Origin: an uncultured Actinomycetes bacterium
GTDB lineage: Bacteria; SZUA-79; Acidulodesulfobacterales; Acidulodesulfobacteraceae
DNA: 64,000 nt
Assembly (NCBI GenBank): GCA_964631685.1
Contig: CAZVZU010000002.1
Coordinates: 32,001 to 96,000 of the forward strand
Reading direction: 5' to 3'
The notes beneath the pieces were generated by a model. That model was not told the DNA's origin. It made no database searches and saw only the letters and a list, made by a program, of their open reading frames with translations. The position numbers and the translations under genes were made by a program. Of this stretch, positions 25,443 through 36,355 are shown piece after piece; position 1 is the first letter of the stretch, and every line of letters begins with the position of its first letter.

Positions 25443-26612
25443 TTATTCATGCCGGGTGTAGTCTGAAATCGTATGCATATCCTTATCTCCTCTACCGGAT
25501 AGGTTTATGATAACCGACTTCCCTTTTATTTCTTGTTTTATTTTTTCTAAATATGCGATAGCATGTGCACTTTCCAATGCAGGAATAATCCCTTCCCATT
25601 TACAAAGTTTACGGAAAGCCGAAACCGCTTCCGCATCTGTTACGCTGTCAAAGATAATTCTTTTATTATCGGCAAAATAACTGTGCTCGGGACCAACCCC
25701 TGGATAATCTAACCCTGCCGCTATAGAATGTGCATCTTTTATTCTACCAAATTCATCTTGGAGCAGATATGTTTTATTTCCATGCAGTACGCCTTTCCGC
25801 CCTCCTGAAATAGATGCGGCGTGCTTTCCCGTTTCAGTACCCAAACCGCCTGCCTCCACACCATACATCTTGACTTTATCATATTTTATAAAAGGATGAA
25901 ATAACCCCATAGCATTACTGCCACCACCGATACATGCGATCATGATATCAGGAAGTTTTTTGATTTGTTTTAAAACCTCTTTACCTATAACAGACTGGAA
26001 ATCCCTTACTATTTGAGGATAGGGATGCGGTCCTGCAACCGTTCCTATCATATAATATGTCGTTTTCACATTTGTAATCCAATTCCTTAACGCCTCGTTC
26101 ATCGCATCCTTAAGGGTTTGAGAACCTGCTTCGACAGGATTAACCTTTGCACCTAAAAGTTCCATTCTAAAAACATTCTGTTTTTGCCTCTCAACATCCT
26201 TTTTGCCCATAAATATCTCGCATTCTATGTCAAAAAGAGCGCAGACTGTTGCGGTTGCTACGCCATGTTGCCCCGCTCCCGTCTCGGCTATAACCCTTTT
26301 TTTTCCCATCCTTACCGCAAGCAAGGCTTGCCCTATAGTGTTATTAATCTTATGTGCTCCAGTATGATTTAAATCTTCCCTTTTAAGATAAATTTCGGAA
26401 CCATATGTATCAGAGAGACTCTTGGCGTAATATAACGGGGTCGGTCTTCCAACATAATTCTTTAAATAATAGTTTAATTCATTTTTAAATTCCGGATCCT
26501 TACGTATTTTTTTATAAAATTCCTCAAGTTCGGAGATTGCAGGCATTAATGTTTCAGATATATATTTTCCACCGTAATCACCGAAATGCCCCTTCCGATC
26601 AGGATATTTCAT
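25443..26612 (-). CDS. trpB: Tryptophan synthase beta chain
   Basis: [24 protein letters not shown] and [11 protein letters not shown] motifs. ATG 26612 follows SD GGGAGG. Confidence 0.98.
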   Translation of the reverse strand: MKYPDRKGHFGDYGGKYISETLMPAISELEEFYKKIRKDPEFKNELNYYLKNYVGRPTPLYYAKSLSDTYGSEIYLKREDLNHTGAHKINNTIGQALLAVRMGKKRVIAETGAGQHGVATATVCALFDIECEIFMGKKDVERQKQNVFRMELLGAKVNPVEAGSQTLKDAMNEALRNWITNVKTTYYMIGTVAGPHPYPQIVRDFQSVIGKEVLKQIKKLPDIMIACIGGGSNAMGLFHPFIKYDKVKMYGVEAGGLGTETGKHAASISGGRKGVLHGNKTYLLQDEFGRIKDAHSIAAGLDYPGVGPEHSYFADNKRIIFDSVTDAEAVSAFRKLCKWEGIIPALESAHAIAYLEKIKQEIKGKSVIINLSGRGDKDMHTISDYTRHE

Positions 26613-27291
26613 GTAACACCTCCCTAAAATTGTCAAAAAAATCGCTCATTTTCTTATTATCCTTCTTTCCCGGATAATTCTCCACTTTAGAGGAAAGATC
26701 GAAACCGTACGGTCTTACACTTTTTACGATATAAGCTATATTATCCGGACCAATCCCTCCTGCTATTATCATACGTCCTAAATCTACATCTTGTAAAAAA
26801 TTTAGGTCGAACGATACGCCGGTCCCTCCATAAGACCCGTCTTCGGTATATGTATCTAAAAGAACATTGACGCCTATTTTCTCATAGCTATAGACGCTTT
26901 CAATATCGGCTTTATTTTTTATATGGATAGCCTTCAAAATCTTATTTTTGTTTAAATTCAATTTTTTTATATAGTCTACAGACTCAGTACCCGACAATTG
27001 GACAACATCTATATTCAAATCCTTAACAATAGATTCTAGTATTGCTTGCTCCTCGTTAACAAAAACACCGGTGATAGCCACATTTCCACTAAAGGATAGG
27101 AAGCCTTGATGTTTTTTTTTCTTGATCTTGCGAACAGCATCTATAATCTCCTTCGCATATTCTGGTGTCATACATCTTTTGGACTTATCATGAAAAATAA
27201 AACCCAAACTATCGGCACCCAGTCTTGAAGCATATGCGGCGTCATCAAGGTTTGTTATACCGCATATTTTTATCTTTGGAATATTTTGCAT
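26599..27291 (-). CDS. trpF: Phosphoribosylanthranilate isomerase
   Basis: [18 protein letters not shown] and AGGIGPDN motifs. Confidence 0.93.
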   Translation of the reverse strand: MQNIPKIKICGITNLDDAAYASRLGADSLGFIFHDKSKRCMTPEYAKEIIDAVRKIKKKKHQGFLSFSGNVAITGVFVNEEQAILESIVKDLNIDVVQLSGTESVDYIKKLNLNKNKILKAIHIKNKADIESVYSYEKIGVNVLLDTYTEDGSYGGTGVSFDLNFLQDVDLGRMIIAGGIGPDNIAYIVKSVRPYGFDLSSKVENYPGKKDNKKMSDFFDNFREVLHEIS

Positions 27292-27353
27292 TGAAAAAAA
27301 ATGTTAAAGCAAGCACACGCAACCCTAAACTAAAAAAGGGTTTTACTTACTGC

Positions 27354-28181
27354 TTACAATGAATAGTTGTCCATAGAATACGGCAATAAAAGGTCCTTTA
27401 ATGTTTTTAACGGATCAGCCGCAGCAACAACGGCTTCACCTATAAGAAATGAATTTATACCCCTTTTCATTAGCATTTCAATATCATCCCTGCCACTGAT
27501 ACCGCTTTCCGCAACAATTAATTTACCCGGCGGTATCTTTTCCGCAATTACTGCCGTCTTAAATAAGTCCGTTTTAAAGGTCATTAGGTCTCTACTATTA
27601 ATCCCTATAATTTCAGCATTATATTTTAAGGCTGTATCAAGCTCATCTTCATTTGATACCTCGGTAAGCGTTTCCAGTGACAATTCCTTTGCAAGAGAAA
27701 GAAGATCGTTATATTGCGAAGGTGATAATGCTTTTTCAATTAAAAGAATTGCATCCGCCCCTATTATCTTAGACTCAAAAATCTGGACTTCATCAATAAT
27801 AAAGTCTTTTCTTAGGATAGGAAGTCGAACCGCATTTCTAACCTTCAATATATCTGAAGGACTACCCATAAAAAATGTTCTATCGGTCAAAACAGAGATA
27901 GCGCTCGCCCCGGCCTTTTCATAAACAACGGCAATTTCATCTGGTTTAAAATTGCGCACTAAAACACCCTTTGACGGGGATGCTTTCTTGACTTCCGCAA
28001 CTATACTGCAAATCTTATAGGAAACCGCCTCTCCGTTTGATTTTGGTTTCAAGGCATTTTTGAAGCTTCTTAATCCATGAAACGCATCATACGCACGAGC
28101 CCTGTATTCCGATTTATTTATGGATGCTTTAAATTTTTTTATCTCTTTTCTTTTTTCTTTCAATATGTCGTCTAAAATCAT
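27354..28181 (-). CDS. trpC: Indole-3-glycerol phosphate synthase
   Basis: AEVKKASPSKG, SVLTD, LRKDFI and AESGI motifs. Confidence 0.96.
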   Translation of the reverse strand: MILDDILKEKRKEIKKFKASINKSEYRARAYDAFHGLRSFKNALKPKSNGEAVSYKICSIVAEVKKASPSKGVLVRNFKPDEIAVVYEKAGASAISVLTDRTFFMGSPSDILKVRNAVRLPILRKDFIIDEVQIFESKIIGADAILLIEKALSPSQYNDLLSLAKELSLETLTEVSNEDELDTALKYNAEIIGINSRDLMTFKTDLFKTAVIAEKIPPGKLIVAESGISGRDDIEMLMKRGINSFLIGEAVVAAADPLKTLKDLLLPYSMDNYSL

Positions 28182-28221
28182 ATCACCATGTTATTCATTT
28201 AATAGAATTATATTTTAATCA

Positions 28222-29253
28222 TCATTTGTTGGAAATTTCAATCAGATTTCGTAGGGATTTCATTGCAGCTCCCGAAGCGATAGAACTTCTTGCCAAACCT
28301 AATGCCTCGTTTAAATCCTTGACGCCTCCAGAAACTAATATCGCAAATCCTGCATTCAAAATTGCTATATCTGTCTTAGGTCCGCTTTCACCACTGATTA
28401 TATCATATATTATTTTTGCATTTTCAGAAACGGAAAATGATTGAAACTGTTCTGATTCAAAAAAATCAAATCCATATTCGTTTGGATTAAAATCAAATTT
28501 ATTTATATCGTCTGAATTTAACTCATAAATATCGGTAATGGACGAAAGGCTAACCTCGTCTATACCGTCCCTACCGCAAACTACAAAAGCCCTTTCGGTA
28601 TTTAAAAGTTTTAGAACTTCAACAATTTTTGCAGCCAACCCTTTGGAATATGCCCCTATAATCTGCTTTTGTGCCCCAAGCGGATTAGTAAGCGGACCTA
28701 ATATATTAAATATTGTCTTAAACCCCAGCTCTTTTCTTACTGGAGCCGCATATTTCATTGCCGCATGAAAATTAGGTGCAAATAAAAAACCGATATTTGC
28801 GTATTCTATGGATTCGATGATCATTTGGGGATCCATGAATATATTTACGCCTAACTCTTTCAGTGCATTAGCGCTACCAGACTTAGAAGATACCCCGTAG
28901 TTTCCGTGCTTTGCTATCTTGACCCCCGCTCCGGCAGCAATTAATGCAGCACAAGTGGAAATATTGTAAGTATTTTTACAATCCCCTCCAGTCCCGCAGG
29001 TATCTACTAACCTTGAACGAATACGACTATCTATCGTCACCTTAAGGGCATTGTCCCTCATGGCCAATGCAGCTCCTGCTATTTCCTCTGTATTTTCCCC
29101 TTTTATTTTGAGGGATGTTAAAAAAGATGCTATCTGCGCATTTGTGAACTTACCATTCAGTATCATATTAAATGCTTTATATGACTCATCTTTATTTAAT
29201 GGCACCCTCTCGGCAACTTGTTGTATTATTATTTTTACAAAATTTTCTTCCAT
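28222..29253 (-). CDS. trpD: Anthranilate phosphoribosyltransferase
   Basis: DTCGTGGD, NIST, KHGN and FNILGPLTNP motifs. Confidence 0.97.
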   Translation of the reverse strand: MEENFVKIIIQQVAERVPLNKDESYKAFNMILNGKFTNAQIASFLTSLKIKGENTEEIAGAALAMRDNALKVTIDSRIRSRLVDTCGTGGDCKNTYNISTCAALIAAGAGVKIAKHGNYGVSSKSGSANALKELGVNIFMDPQMIIESIEYANIGFLFAPNFHAAMKYAAPVRKELGFKTIFNILGPLTNPLGAQKQIIGAYSKGLAAKIVEVLKLLNTERAFVVCGRDGIDEVSLSSITDIYELNSDDINKFDFNPNEYGFDFFESEQFQSFSVSENAKIIYDIISGESGPKTDIAILNAGFAILVSGGVKDLNEALGLARSSIASGAAMKSLRNLIEISNK

Positions 29254-29273
29254 TTTTTTGTACTATTATTGGG

Positions 29274-29840
29274 TTAGATAGATAAAAAATTATTTATTAT
29301 TTGTTTTCCGTATGATGTAAGAATAGACTCTGGATGAAATTGGACGCCATAAACCATGTAGCCCTTAAGCTCAATACCCATAATCTCACCATCATCCATA
29401 CTTGTTGCAGTCACATTTATAATCTCCGGAAGCTTCTCTTTCTTTATTGCAAGCGAGTGATACCTTGTAGCCTCAAAGGGGTTCGGTATATTTTTATAGA
29501 TAACTGATGAATTATGCTTGATATATGAAACCTTTCCATGCATGATATTCTTAGCGCGTATTATTTCTGCCCCAAATGCATAGCCGATAGATTGATGACC
29601 AAGACAAACACCCAATATTGGAATTTTATCGTAAAAATTTCTAATAACATCTACCGTGATCCCCGCATCAGACGGAGATTTGGGCCCAGGAGATATAATA
29701 ATTTTCTTGGGATTTATTTTTTTAATTGATTCAATATCTATAACATCATTTCTAAATATAGTTGTCTCATACCCTAATTCTCCTGTATATTGGACTATAT
29801 TGTAAGTAAAAGAATCGTAATTATCTATAATTAATATCAT
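29274..29840 (-). CDS. trpG: Anthranilate synthase component II (glutamine amidotransferase)
   Basis: IDNYDSFTYN, SPGP, GVCLGHQ and QFHPES motifs. Confidence 0.95.
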   Translation of the reverse strand: MILIIDNYDSFTYNIVQYTGELGYETTIFRNDVIDIESIKKINPKKIIISPGPKSPSDAGITVDVIRNFYDKIPILGVCLGHQSIGYAFGAEIIRAKNIMHGKVSYIKHNSSVIYKNIPNPFEATRYHSLAIKKEKLPEIINVTATSMDDGEIMGIELKGYMVYGVQFHPESILTSYGKQIINNFLSI

Positions 29841-29845
29841 GATCT

Positions 29846-31369
29846 CTAATCAAAATTATCTGCAAGGTTAAATGCCTCTATTAAGGGCTTCAATTTACTT
29901 TCAGTTTCCATAAATTCGTTTTCCGGCGTAGAGTCATATACTATTCCCCCTGCCGCCTGAATATATGCGGCATCTTCTTTGAATAAAGCCGTCCTAATAG
30001 TTATGCAAAATTCCATTTTTTTACATCTGTTATCTTCTAAAAATCCAAAATATCCGACGCCTCCCGCATAGACACCCCTTTTTGAATCCTCAAGCTCGTT
30101 AATTATCTCCATAGCTCTAACTTTTGGGGCACCCGTGACAGTACCGGCAGGATATGTAGCTCTAATTAAATCAAATCCATCATTATCTTGTTCAATTTCC
30201 GAAATTATACCCGTGACAATGTGTTGAACATGTGAATATTTCTCAATATACATAAGCTTTTCAACCTTTACAGACCCTTTTTTAGAAACCCTGCCTATAT
30301 CGTTTCTTCCCAAGTCCACAAGCATAATATGCTCTGCCCGTTCTTTAGGATCGTTCAGTAACTTACTTCCAAGATATTCATCTTCGACGACATCCTCACC
30401 ACGTTTAATTGTGCCCGCTATAGGCCTAGTTTCAATAAAATTCCCTTCAAGTTTCACTAAGTTCTCAGGTGAAGATCCTATGACAGAAAAATCATTTATT
30501 TTAAGATAAAACATATACGGTGAAGGATTTATAAGCCGTAATGCCCTATAAAAACTAAACGGACGCGGCGGATTCAATATTTTTTTTCTTCTTGAAATTT
30601 GAACCTGAAATATGTCTCCTTGCAGTATATATTCTTTTGCTTTTAAAACCTTTTGTTTGTACTCGGGAAAATCTATTTCATCAATAATTTTAACACTAGA
30701 ATGATTTTTATGAACCGATGTTGCTTTAAGCGATCTTTTCCTGATTAATGTGGTTAATCTGTTTATTCTATCCAAAGAAGACTTATATTTATCTTCAATG
30801 TTATCTTGTCCTGAATTGCCCCTGAACAAAAATGACACAACCGTAATTACTTGGGTTATAGCATCAAAGATTATCATATCCTGCGGAAGCATAAAAAAAA
30901 GATCATAAACACCCGTGATATCTGATTTTAGGGGGGGGAGCTTCTCTATGAGACCGCTCATTTCATAGCTGAGATAGCCAAATAAACCACCGGTAAAGGT
31001 TTTGGGAAGATTTTTTTCATATAATTTAAAATTTGATAAGACTCCTTTTAAATACGAAAATATATCTTCGTCCAGATCATTAATATCAATATTATTGGAA
31101 AGTCCGGACTTAAAATGACCAAAATCAGAAACGTTCAATATGTTTTTACTTAGGCTAACTGTTAGAAAAGGATTTAAGCATATAAATGAATATCGTCCCC
31201 ATTTTCCTACACCTTCCGTACTTTCAAAAAAAAATGCGTAAGACTCCTCATGAAAAGAAGAAAATATGGACATCGGGGTATCCATATCCCCGTTTATCTC
31301 TTGTACTATTGGGATTACATTGAATGCATCAGGAATTTTTAGAATATCCTCAATACTTATCATAGGCAT
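29846..31369 (-). CDS. trpE: Anthranilate synthase component I
   Basis: FFES, NPSPYM, PIAGT, KERAEHIMLVDLGRND and GAPKVRAMEII motifs. Confidence 0.96.
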   Translation of the reverse strand: MPMISIEDILKIPDAFNVIPIVQEINGDMDTPMSIFSSFHEESYAFFFESTEGVGKWGRYSFICLNPFLTVSLSKNILNVSDFGHFKSGLSNNIDINDLDEDIFSYLKGVLSNFKLYEKNLPKTFTGGLFGYLSYEMSGLIEKLPPLKSDITGVYDLFFMLPQDMIIFDAITQVITVVSFLFRGNSGQDNIEDKYKSSLDRINRLTTLIRKRSLKATSVHKNHSSVKIIDEIDFPEYKQKVLKAKEYILQGDIFQVQISRRKKILNPPRPFSFYRALRLINPSPYMFYLKINDFSVIGSSPENLVKLEGNFIETRPIAGTIKRGEDVVEDEYLGSKLLNDPKERAEHIMLVDLGRNDIGRVSKKGSVKVEKLMYIEKYSHVQHIVTGIISEIEQDNDGFDLIRATYPAGTVTGAPKVRAMEIINELEDSKRGVYAGGVGYFGFLEDNRCKKMEFCITIRTALFKEDAAYIQAAGGIVYDSTPENEFMETESKLKPLIEAFNLADNFD

Positions 31370-31379
31370 AACGTGGAGG

Positions 31380-31390
31380 ATTTTATCACA
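31380..31390 (-). promoter_or_regulatory. Possible extended -10 promoter (TGTG-A-TAAAAT) just upstream of trpE
   Basis: TRTGn plus TAAAAT, 10 nt before the trpE ATG; no SD present. Confidence 0.45.
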
Positions 31391-31599
31391 CTTTTAATCT
31401 TTATTATAATTTTTCACCTATGCCGTAAATCGTATTGAATCGGGGTGAATAAGCTTAACTGCATTATCGCACCCTGCAATGGTCAATTACGGCACACATA
31501 GACAGTTGCTCAAGCTAAAAGGCCTTTAAAATATGAAACCGGCAACACAAAAACGCTTCTTACCGCAATTTTAAACCTTGCGCTAAAAAATATCAAAAA

Positions 31600-31965
31600 C
31601 TATTTTTCTTTTTCTGCAACAAACTCTATGAATCCTATTGGGCTTAAATCTCCTGCCCTAAAACCCGTCTTGATAATCCTAATGTATCCACCCGGCCTAT
31701 CTTTATACCTCACTCCTAATTCTTTAAAAAGCTTAGTTGTAGCTTTCTTACTCCTAAGCCTAGAAAACGCCAGTCTTCTTTTCGCTACCGAATCTATCTT
31801 GCCTAGTGTAACTAACTTTTCTACATAACTCCTCAGAGCCTTTGCCTTAGGAAGAGTAGTCTCAATTCTTTCATGTTCTATAAGAGAAGAGGCCATATTC
31901 CTTAAAAGTGCACTCCTATGAGAAGATGTCCTATTTAACCTAGATTTTATTTTCCTATGCCGCAT
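31600..31965 (-). CDS. rplQ: 50S ribosomal protein L17
   Basis: MRHR..L.R...[11 protein letters not shown] and RPGGYIRI motifs. Confidence 0.98.
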   Translation of the reverse strand: MRHRKIKSRLNRTSSHRSALLRNMASSLIEHERIETTLPKAKALRSYVEKLVTLGKIDSVAKRRLAFSRLRSKKATTKLFKELGVRYKDRPGGYIRIIKTGFRAGDLSPIGFIEFVAEKEK

Positions 31966-31974
31966 ATTATACTC

Positions 31975-32982
31975 CTACTTTTTCTCTTGTTTTAAAATAT
32001 TTTCGTCATCAAATTGCATTCCAAAATCTAAACCCATGGTGGATAAAACCTCTTTTATCTCATTAAGAGATTTTCTGCCGAAATTTTTCGTCCTAAGCAT
32101 TTCTCCTTCAGTTTTACAAGCCAGCTCATGAATTGTTTTTATGTTTGCATTTTTAAGACAATTTGCGGATCTAACCGAAAGTTCAAGCTCTTCAACATTT
32201 CTATCAAGGTTCTCATTTAACTTAGTTTCTTCTGTATCATCATTATCCGCTTTAGGCTTCTTTTCTGTTATCTGTTCCATCTCTTCGAACCCGGCAAATA
32301 TTGAAATCTGCTCTTTTAAAATTGAAGCGGCTTCATTAAGGGCGTTTTCCGGAGTAATAAAACCATTGCTGTATATCTCCATTATAAGCTTGTCATAGTC
32401 TGTTATTCCACCTACCCTCGCATAAGATACGTCCATTGTAACTTTTTTAATTGGGGAATATGCCACGTCCAAGGTTATGGTCCCTATCGGAGCATCTTCA
32501 CGCGTATTGAGCTCACTGGACACGTAGCCTCTTCCGCCTTTAACAAGCATCTCGGCCTTAAAATGACCACCCTTCGCGACTCTTAATATTTTCTTTTCTT
32601 TATTCACTACCTCAACATTGTGCGATGTTTTTATATCAGAAGCATACACATCTCCCTCTCGGTCGATATCCAAATACACAAATCCAGGCTCATCGGAAGT
32701 CATATTAAAATCGACGTCCTTTAAATTTAAAATAATTTCAGTTACATCTTCTACAACACCTGGAACAGAGGAAAACTCGTGCGATACCCCGTCGATCTTA
32801 ACCTCCGATATTTTATAACCAACTATCGAAGACAAAAGAACCCTTCTAAGGGAATTGCCGATAGTCACACCAAAGCCTCTTTCTAACGGCTCCACGGCTA
32901 ATTTCCCATAATAGTCAGTGTACGTTTCTTTCTCAAACTCAATTTTTTTTGGCTTAATAGGTGAAAGCCAATTCATTTCCAT
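31975..32982 (-). CDS. rpoA: RNA polymerase alpha subunit
   Basis: EPLERGFGVTIGNSLRRVLLSS and ELSVRSANCL. ATG 32982 follows SD GGAGG. Confidence 0.98.
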   Translation of the reverse strand: MEMNWLSPIKPKKIEFEKETYTDYYGKLAVEPLERGFGVTIGNSLRRVLLSSIVGYKISEVKIDGVSHEFSSVPGVVEDVTEIILNLKDVDFNMTSDEPGFVYLDIDREGDVYASDIKTSHNVEVVNKEKKILRVAKGGHFKAEMLVKGGRGYVSSELNTREDAPIGTITLDVAYSPIKKVTMDVSYARVGGITDYDKLIMEIYSNGFITPENALNEAASILKEQISIFAGFEEMEQITEKKPKADNDDTEETKLNENLDRNVEELELSVRSANCLKNANIKTIHELACKTEGEMLRTKNFGRKSLNEIKEVLSTMGLDFGMQFDDENILKQEKK

Positions 32983-33010
32983 ACTGCCTCCAATATTTTT
33001 TATTAAGCAC

Positions 33011-33637
33011 TTATTTTGAATAAAGCTCAACTATAAGTTTTTCATTCACTGTCGAATTAATCTCTCCACGCTCAGGAATAGTCTTCATGGTACCCGTATA
33101 TTTATCCTTATCTAATTCGTAGTATCCCGGACGCGTTCTTCTAACTGAAGACTCTAACGATTTGTTAATAATCGCGCACTTTTTACTCTTATCGCGCACA
33201 GTAATCTCATCACCTGGTTTCAAAACATACGAAGGTATATCAACCTTTATTTTATTAATCATAAAATGTCCATGAGCAACCAAGAGCCTGGCCAATCTCC
33301 TTGAATTTGCAAATCCAAGAGTATAAATCGCATTATCAAATCTTCTTTCCAGTAGGGATAGCAAATTCTCTCCGGTTATCCCCTTCATCTTCTCGCCCTT
33401 CCTGTATGTATTTCTGAACTGTCTCTCCATGAGTCCGTAGGTTCTTTTTAATTTCTGCTTTTCTCTTAATTGCTCTCCGTACTCTGATATTTTCCTCATA
33501 GAACCCTTATGCTCACCAGGGGCATAGTCCCTTCTGTCGTACGAACATTTATCGGAAAAGCATCTATCGCCCTTCAAGAAGAGCTTACTTTTTTCTCTTC
33601 TGCATATTTTACAAACAGCTCCGTTGTATTTTGCCAC
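33011..33637 (-). CDS. rpsD: 30S ribosomal protein S4 (zinc-binding type)
   Basis: CKICRRE..C...KC, QLREKQK and IVELYSK; GTG start. Confidence 0.98.
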   Translation of the reverse strand: MAKYNGAVCKICRREKSKLFLKGDRCFSDKCSYDRRDYAPGEHKGSMRKISEYGEQLREKQKLKRTYGLMERQFRNTYRKGEKMKGITGENLLSLLERRFDNAIYTLGFANSRRLARLLVAHGHFMINKIKVDIPSYVLKPGDEITVRDKSKKCAIINKSLESSVRRTRPGYYELDKDKYTGTMKTIPERGEINSTVNEKLIVELYSK

Positions 33638-33690
33638 CTTTCACCTCATAAATTTTACGATATCACTAAAATAAACAACAAAAATAATCA

Positions 33691-34089
33691 CTACACTCTT
33701 CTTCTCTTCGAAGGCCTACAACCATTATGCGGTATTGGCGTAACATCTTTTATCATCGTAATATTGAGCCCTGAACTTTGAAGCGCTCTAATTGCCGACT
33801 CTCTGCCGCCCCCGGGTCCCTTAATGTACACTTCTATGTTGGTAACCCCATAATCCGCTGCTACTTTTTTAGCTAAATGTCCGGCGGCAACCTGTCCAGC
33901 ATAAGGGGTACTTTTCCTTGAACCCTTAAATCCACTTGTCCCCGCACTTGACCATGCAAGAACATTTCCGCTCAAATCTGTTATGCAAATAATAGTATTG
34001 TTAAATGTCGATTTTACATGGGCAATTGCATTCTGGATATGTTTTTTTTCTTTTTTCTTTTTAACTATCTTTTTTTTCATATGAGCCAT
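33691..34089 (-). CDS. rpsK: 30S ribosomal protein S11
   Basis: [19 protein letters not shown] and [12 protein letters not shown]. Confidence 0.98.
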   Translation of the reverse strand: MAHMKKKIVKKKKEKKHIQNAIAHVKSTFNNTIICITDLSGNVLAWSSAGTSGFKGSRKSTPYAGQVAAGHLAKKVAADYGVTNIEVYIKGPGGGRESAIRALQSSGLNITMIKDVTPIPHNGCRPSKRRRV

Positions 34090-34170
34090 CTATATACCCC
34101 TTAAAAATAAAACCATTATATATCCGTCTTTCGTGTTTAGAAAGCGAAAATCTATTTACTTTTCAAGAAA

Positions 34171-34539
34171 CTATTTTCTTCCTGAAGCAGCAGACCTCCT
34201 AGGACCTTTCCTTGTCCTAGCATTAGTCTTTGTTCTCTGTCCTCTTACAGGCAATCCTCTTTTATGTCTATAACCCCTGTAAGACCCGATATCTATGAGC
34301 CTTTTTATGTTCATTTGAACATCTCTTTTTAAATCGCCCTCTACCTTATACTCGCCATCAATGACGTGTCTTATTAAGTTTATTTGCACATCATCCAAAT
34401 CTTTCACTTTTATATCCGAATCAATATCAGCTTTTTCTAAAATTCTCCTTGACAGCGACCTTCCTATACCAAAAATATAGGTCAAGGCTATCTCTATCCT
34501 TTTATCTTTCGGTAGATCGACTCCGGTAATTCTGGCCAT
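34171..34539 (-). CDS. rpsM: 30S ribosomal protein S13
   Basis: [10 protein letters not shown] and [18 protein letters not shown]. Confidence 0.98.
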   Translation of the reverse strand: MARITGVDLPKDKRIEIALTYIFGIGRSLSRRILEKADIDSDIKVKDLDDVQINLIRHVIDGEYKVEGDLKRDVQMNIKRLIDIGSYRGYRHKRGLPVRGQRTKTNARTRKGPRRSAASGRK

Positions 34540-34551
34540 TACTCCTCCTTA

Positions 34552-34665
34552 TTAACCTTGACGTTGTTTATGCTTAGGATTTTCACAAATTACTCTTACA
34601 ACGCCCTTTCTCTTGATAACCTTACATTTATCACATATCTTTTTAACGGATGCTCTCACTTTCAA
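34552..34665 (-). CDS. rpmJ: 50S ribosomal protein L36 (zinc-ribbon type)
   Basis: (M)[28 protein letters not shown] start at 34665 after AAGGAG gives 37 aa. Confidence 0.97.
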   Translation of the reverse strand: MKVRASVKKICDKCKVIKRKGVVRVICENPKHKQRQG

Positions 34666-34705
34666 CTTTAAACTCCTTAATAATTTGTTTTTACTTTTAT
34701 ATCGC

Positions 34706-34927
34706 CTATTTGCTTCTAAATGTAATTCGCCCACGAGTTAAATCATAAGGGGAAAGCTGCACGGTTACTCTATCTCCCGAAAGAATCTTTATATAATGCA
34801 TACGCATCTTCCCTGATATGTGAGCCAAAACTTTATGGCCGTTTTCCAATTCAACCCTAAACATTGCATTGGGTAAAGGTTCTGTAACCGTTCCTTCGAC
34901 CTCAATCAAATCTTCTTTTTTAGCCAT
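34706..34927 (-). CDS. infA: Translation initiation factor IF-1
   Basis: [14 protein letters not shown] and [10 protein letters not shown]. Confidence 0.98.
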   Translation of the reverse strand: MAKKEDLIEVEGTVTEPLPNAMFRVELENGHKVLAHISGKMRMHYIKILSGDRVTVQLSPYDLTRGRITFRSK

Positions 34928-34937
34928 ATTGCTTTCC

Positions 34938-35678
34938 TTATGTCAATATTTTAGGACCGTCCTTAGTTATAGCAACCGTATGCTCAAAATGTGCCGATAA
35001 CCCTCTATCTTTAGTAACGACAGTCCATCCATTTTGTTTAATTTTCACTTTACAATCAAGCTCATTTACCATAGGCTCAATCGCTATAACCAACCCTTCC
35101 TGTAACAACACATCATTACTTTTAACATAATAATTTGGAACCTGCGGATCTTCATGAAGCTTAAAACCAACCCCATGCCCAACAAAATCTCTCACGACAG
35201 AAAAATGATTTTCAACAACATGTTCCTCTATAGCTCTAGAAATATCATTAAGTCTATGTCCAGGCATCGCCATAAATATACCGAGATTTAACGCCTCTTT
35301 GGTAACATTCATAAGTCTTGATGCAACATCAGAAACATCTCCAACCTTAACAGTAATTGCAGCATCTGCATAATAACGCTTGTAGTACGCCCCAAAATCG
35401 ATGCTGACGATATCGCCATTCTTAAGCCTTCTTTTTGAAGGAAAACCGTGAACAACCTCTTCATTAACAGAAACACACACCGAATATGGAAAACCGTGAT
35501 ACCCCTTAAATGCCGGAACGGCATTCATTGAAGATGTAATCTGTTCGGAAACATTGTCATATTCCAATGTTGGAAGTCCAGACTCTGTAATTTCAGAAAG
35601 AGTATTTAAGACTTTTCTAACAATTCGTCCTGCTTCATTTATCTCTTCAATATCAATCTCGTTTTTAAGGCTTATCAT
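34938..35678 (-). CDS. map: Methionine aminopeptidase type I
   Basis: [23 protein letters not shown] and SAHFEHT. Confidence 0.97.
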   Translation of the reverse strand: MISLKNEIDIEEINEAGRIVRKVLNTLSEITESGLPTLEYDNVSEQITSSMNAVPAFKGYHGFPYSVCVSVNEEVVHGFPSKRRLKNGDIVSIDFGAYYKRYYADAAITVKVGDVSDVASRLMNVTKEALNLGIFMAMPGHRLNDISRAIEEHVVENHFSVVRDFVGHGVGFKLHEDPQVPNYYVKSNDVLLQEGLVIAIEPMVNELDCKVKIKQNGWTVVTKDRGLSAHFEHTVAITKDGPKILT

Positions 35679-35681
35679 TTC

Positions 35682-36329
35682 CTAAATATTAGCAACAATA
35701 TCAGCCTCAACCTCTTTAGGTGTTTTTCCTCCGTCAATTTTAACTATTTTACCGTTTTTTTCAAAATAATCAACTAACGGCTGGGTTAACTCGTGATAAA
35801 CATTAAGTCTTTTTGTAATTACATCAATATTATCGTCGTCCCTAACAATCAGCGAAACATTGCAATCGTCACATATTTCACCATTTTTAGGCTTGTTGTA
35901 TTTCATATGATATACGCCTTTGCACTTAGGACATACCCTTCTATTCGTTAGTCTTTCAAAAATAGATTCATCCTTAACATCTATATATATAACCTTATCC
36001 ACGCCCAGATCAAACTCTTTCAACATCTCATTTAAAAGTGTATTCTGAGATAAATCCCTTGGAAATCCATCAAACAGGAATCCGTTTTTATCTATATTCT
36101 GCTTTATATTAGCCTTTATCATGCGAGCAACTAAATCTGTTGGGACAAGTTCTCCTTTATCCATGTAAGACTTTGCCGTATTCCCCAGCTCTGTCTTTTT
36201 CTCAACATTTTCTCTTAAAAGATCTCCGGTAGAAATAAGAATAAAACCCTTCAAGTTTGCAATATTCTTAGCTTGGGTTCCCTTTCCCGCACCGGGAGGA
36301 CCAATTAAAATAAAAACTTTGCTCTTCAT
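35682..36329 (-). CDS. adk: Adenylate kinase (zinc-lid type)
   Basis: GPPGAGKGTQA, DGFPR, and CPKC..CDDC lid. Confidence 0.98.
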   Translation of the reverse strand: MKSKVFILIGPPGAGKGTQAKNIANLKGFILISTGDLLRENVEKKTELGNTAKSYMDKGELVPTDLVARMIKANIKQNIDKNGFLFDGFPRDLSQNTLLNEMLKEFDLGVDKVIYIDVKDESIFERLTNRRVCPKCKGVYHMKYNKPKNGEICDDCNVSLIVRDDDNIDVITKRLNVYHELTQPLVDYFEKNGKIVKIDGGKTPKEVEADIVANI

Positions 36330-36355
36330 TTTTCACTCCGATTATAGATTAAAAA

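Noticed and set aside
31370..31599. Trp leader peptide attenuator
   Set aside because: No TGG triplet occurs on the coding strand of this spacer.
34666..34734. Long N-terminal extensions in the ORF track for rpmJ (also rpoA, rplE, trpB and the YeeE gene)
   Set aside because: SD-supported downstream starts give canonical N-termini, so the extensions are longest-ORF artefacts.
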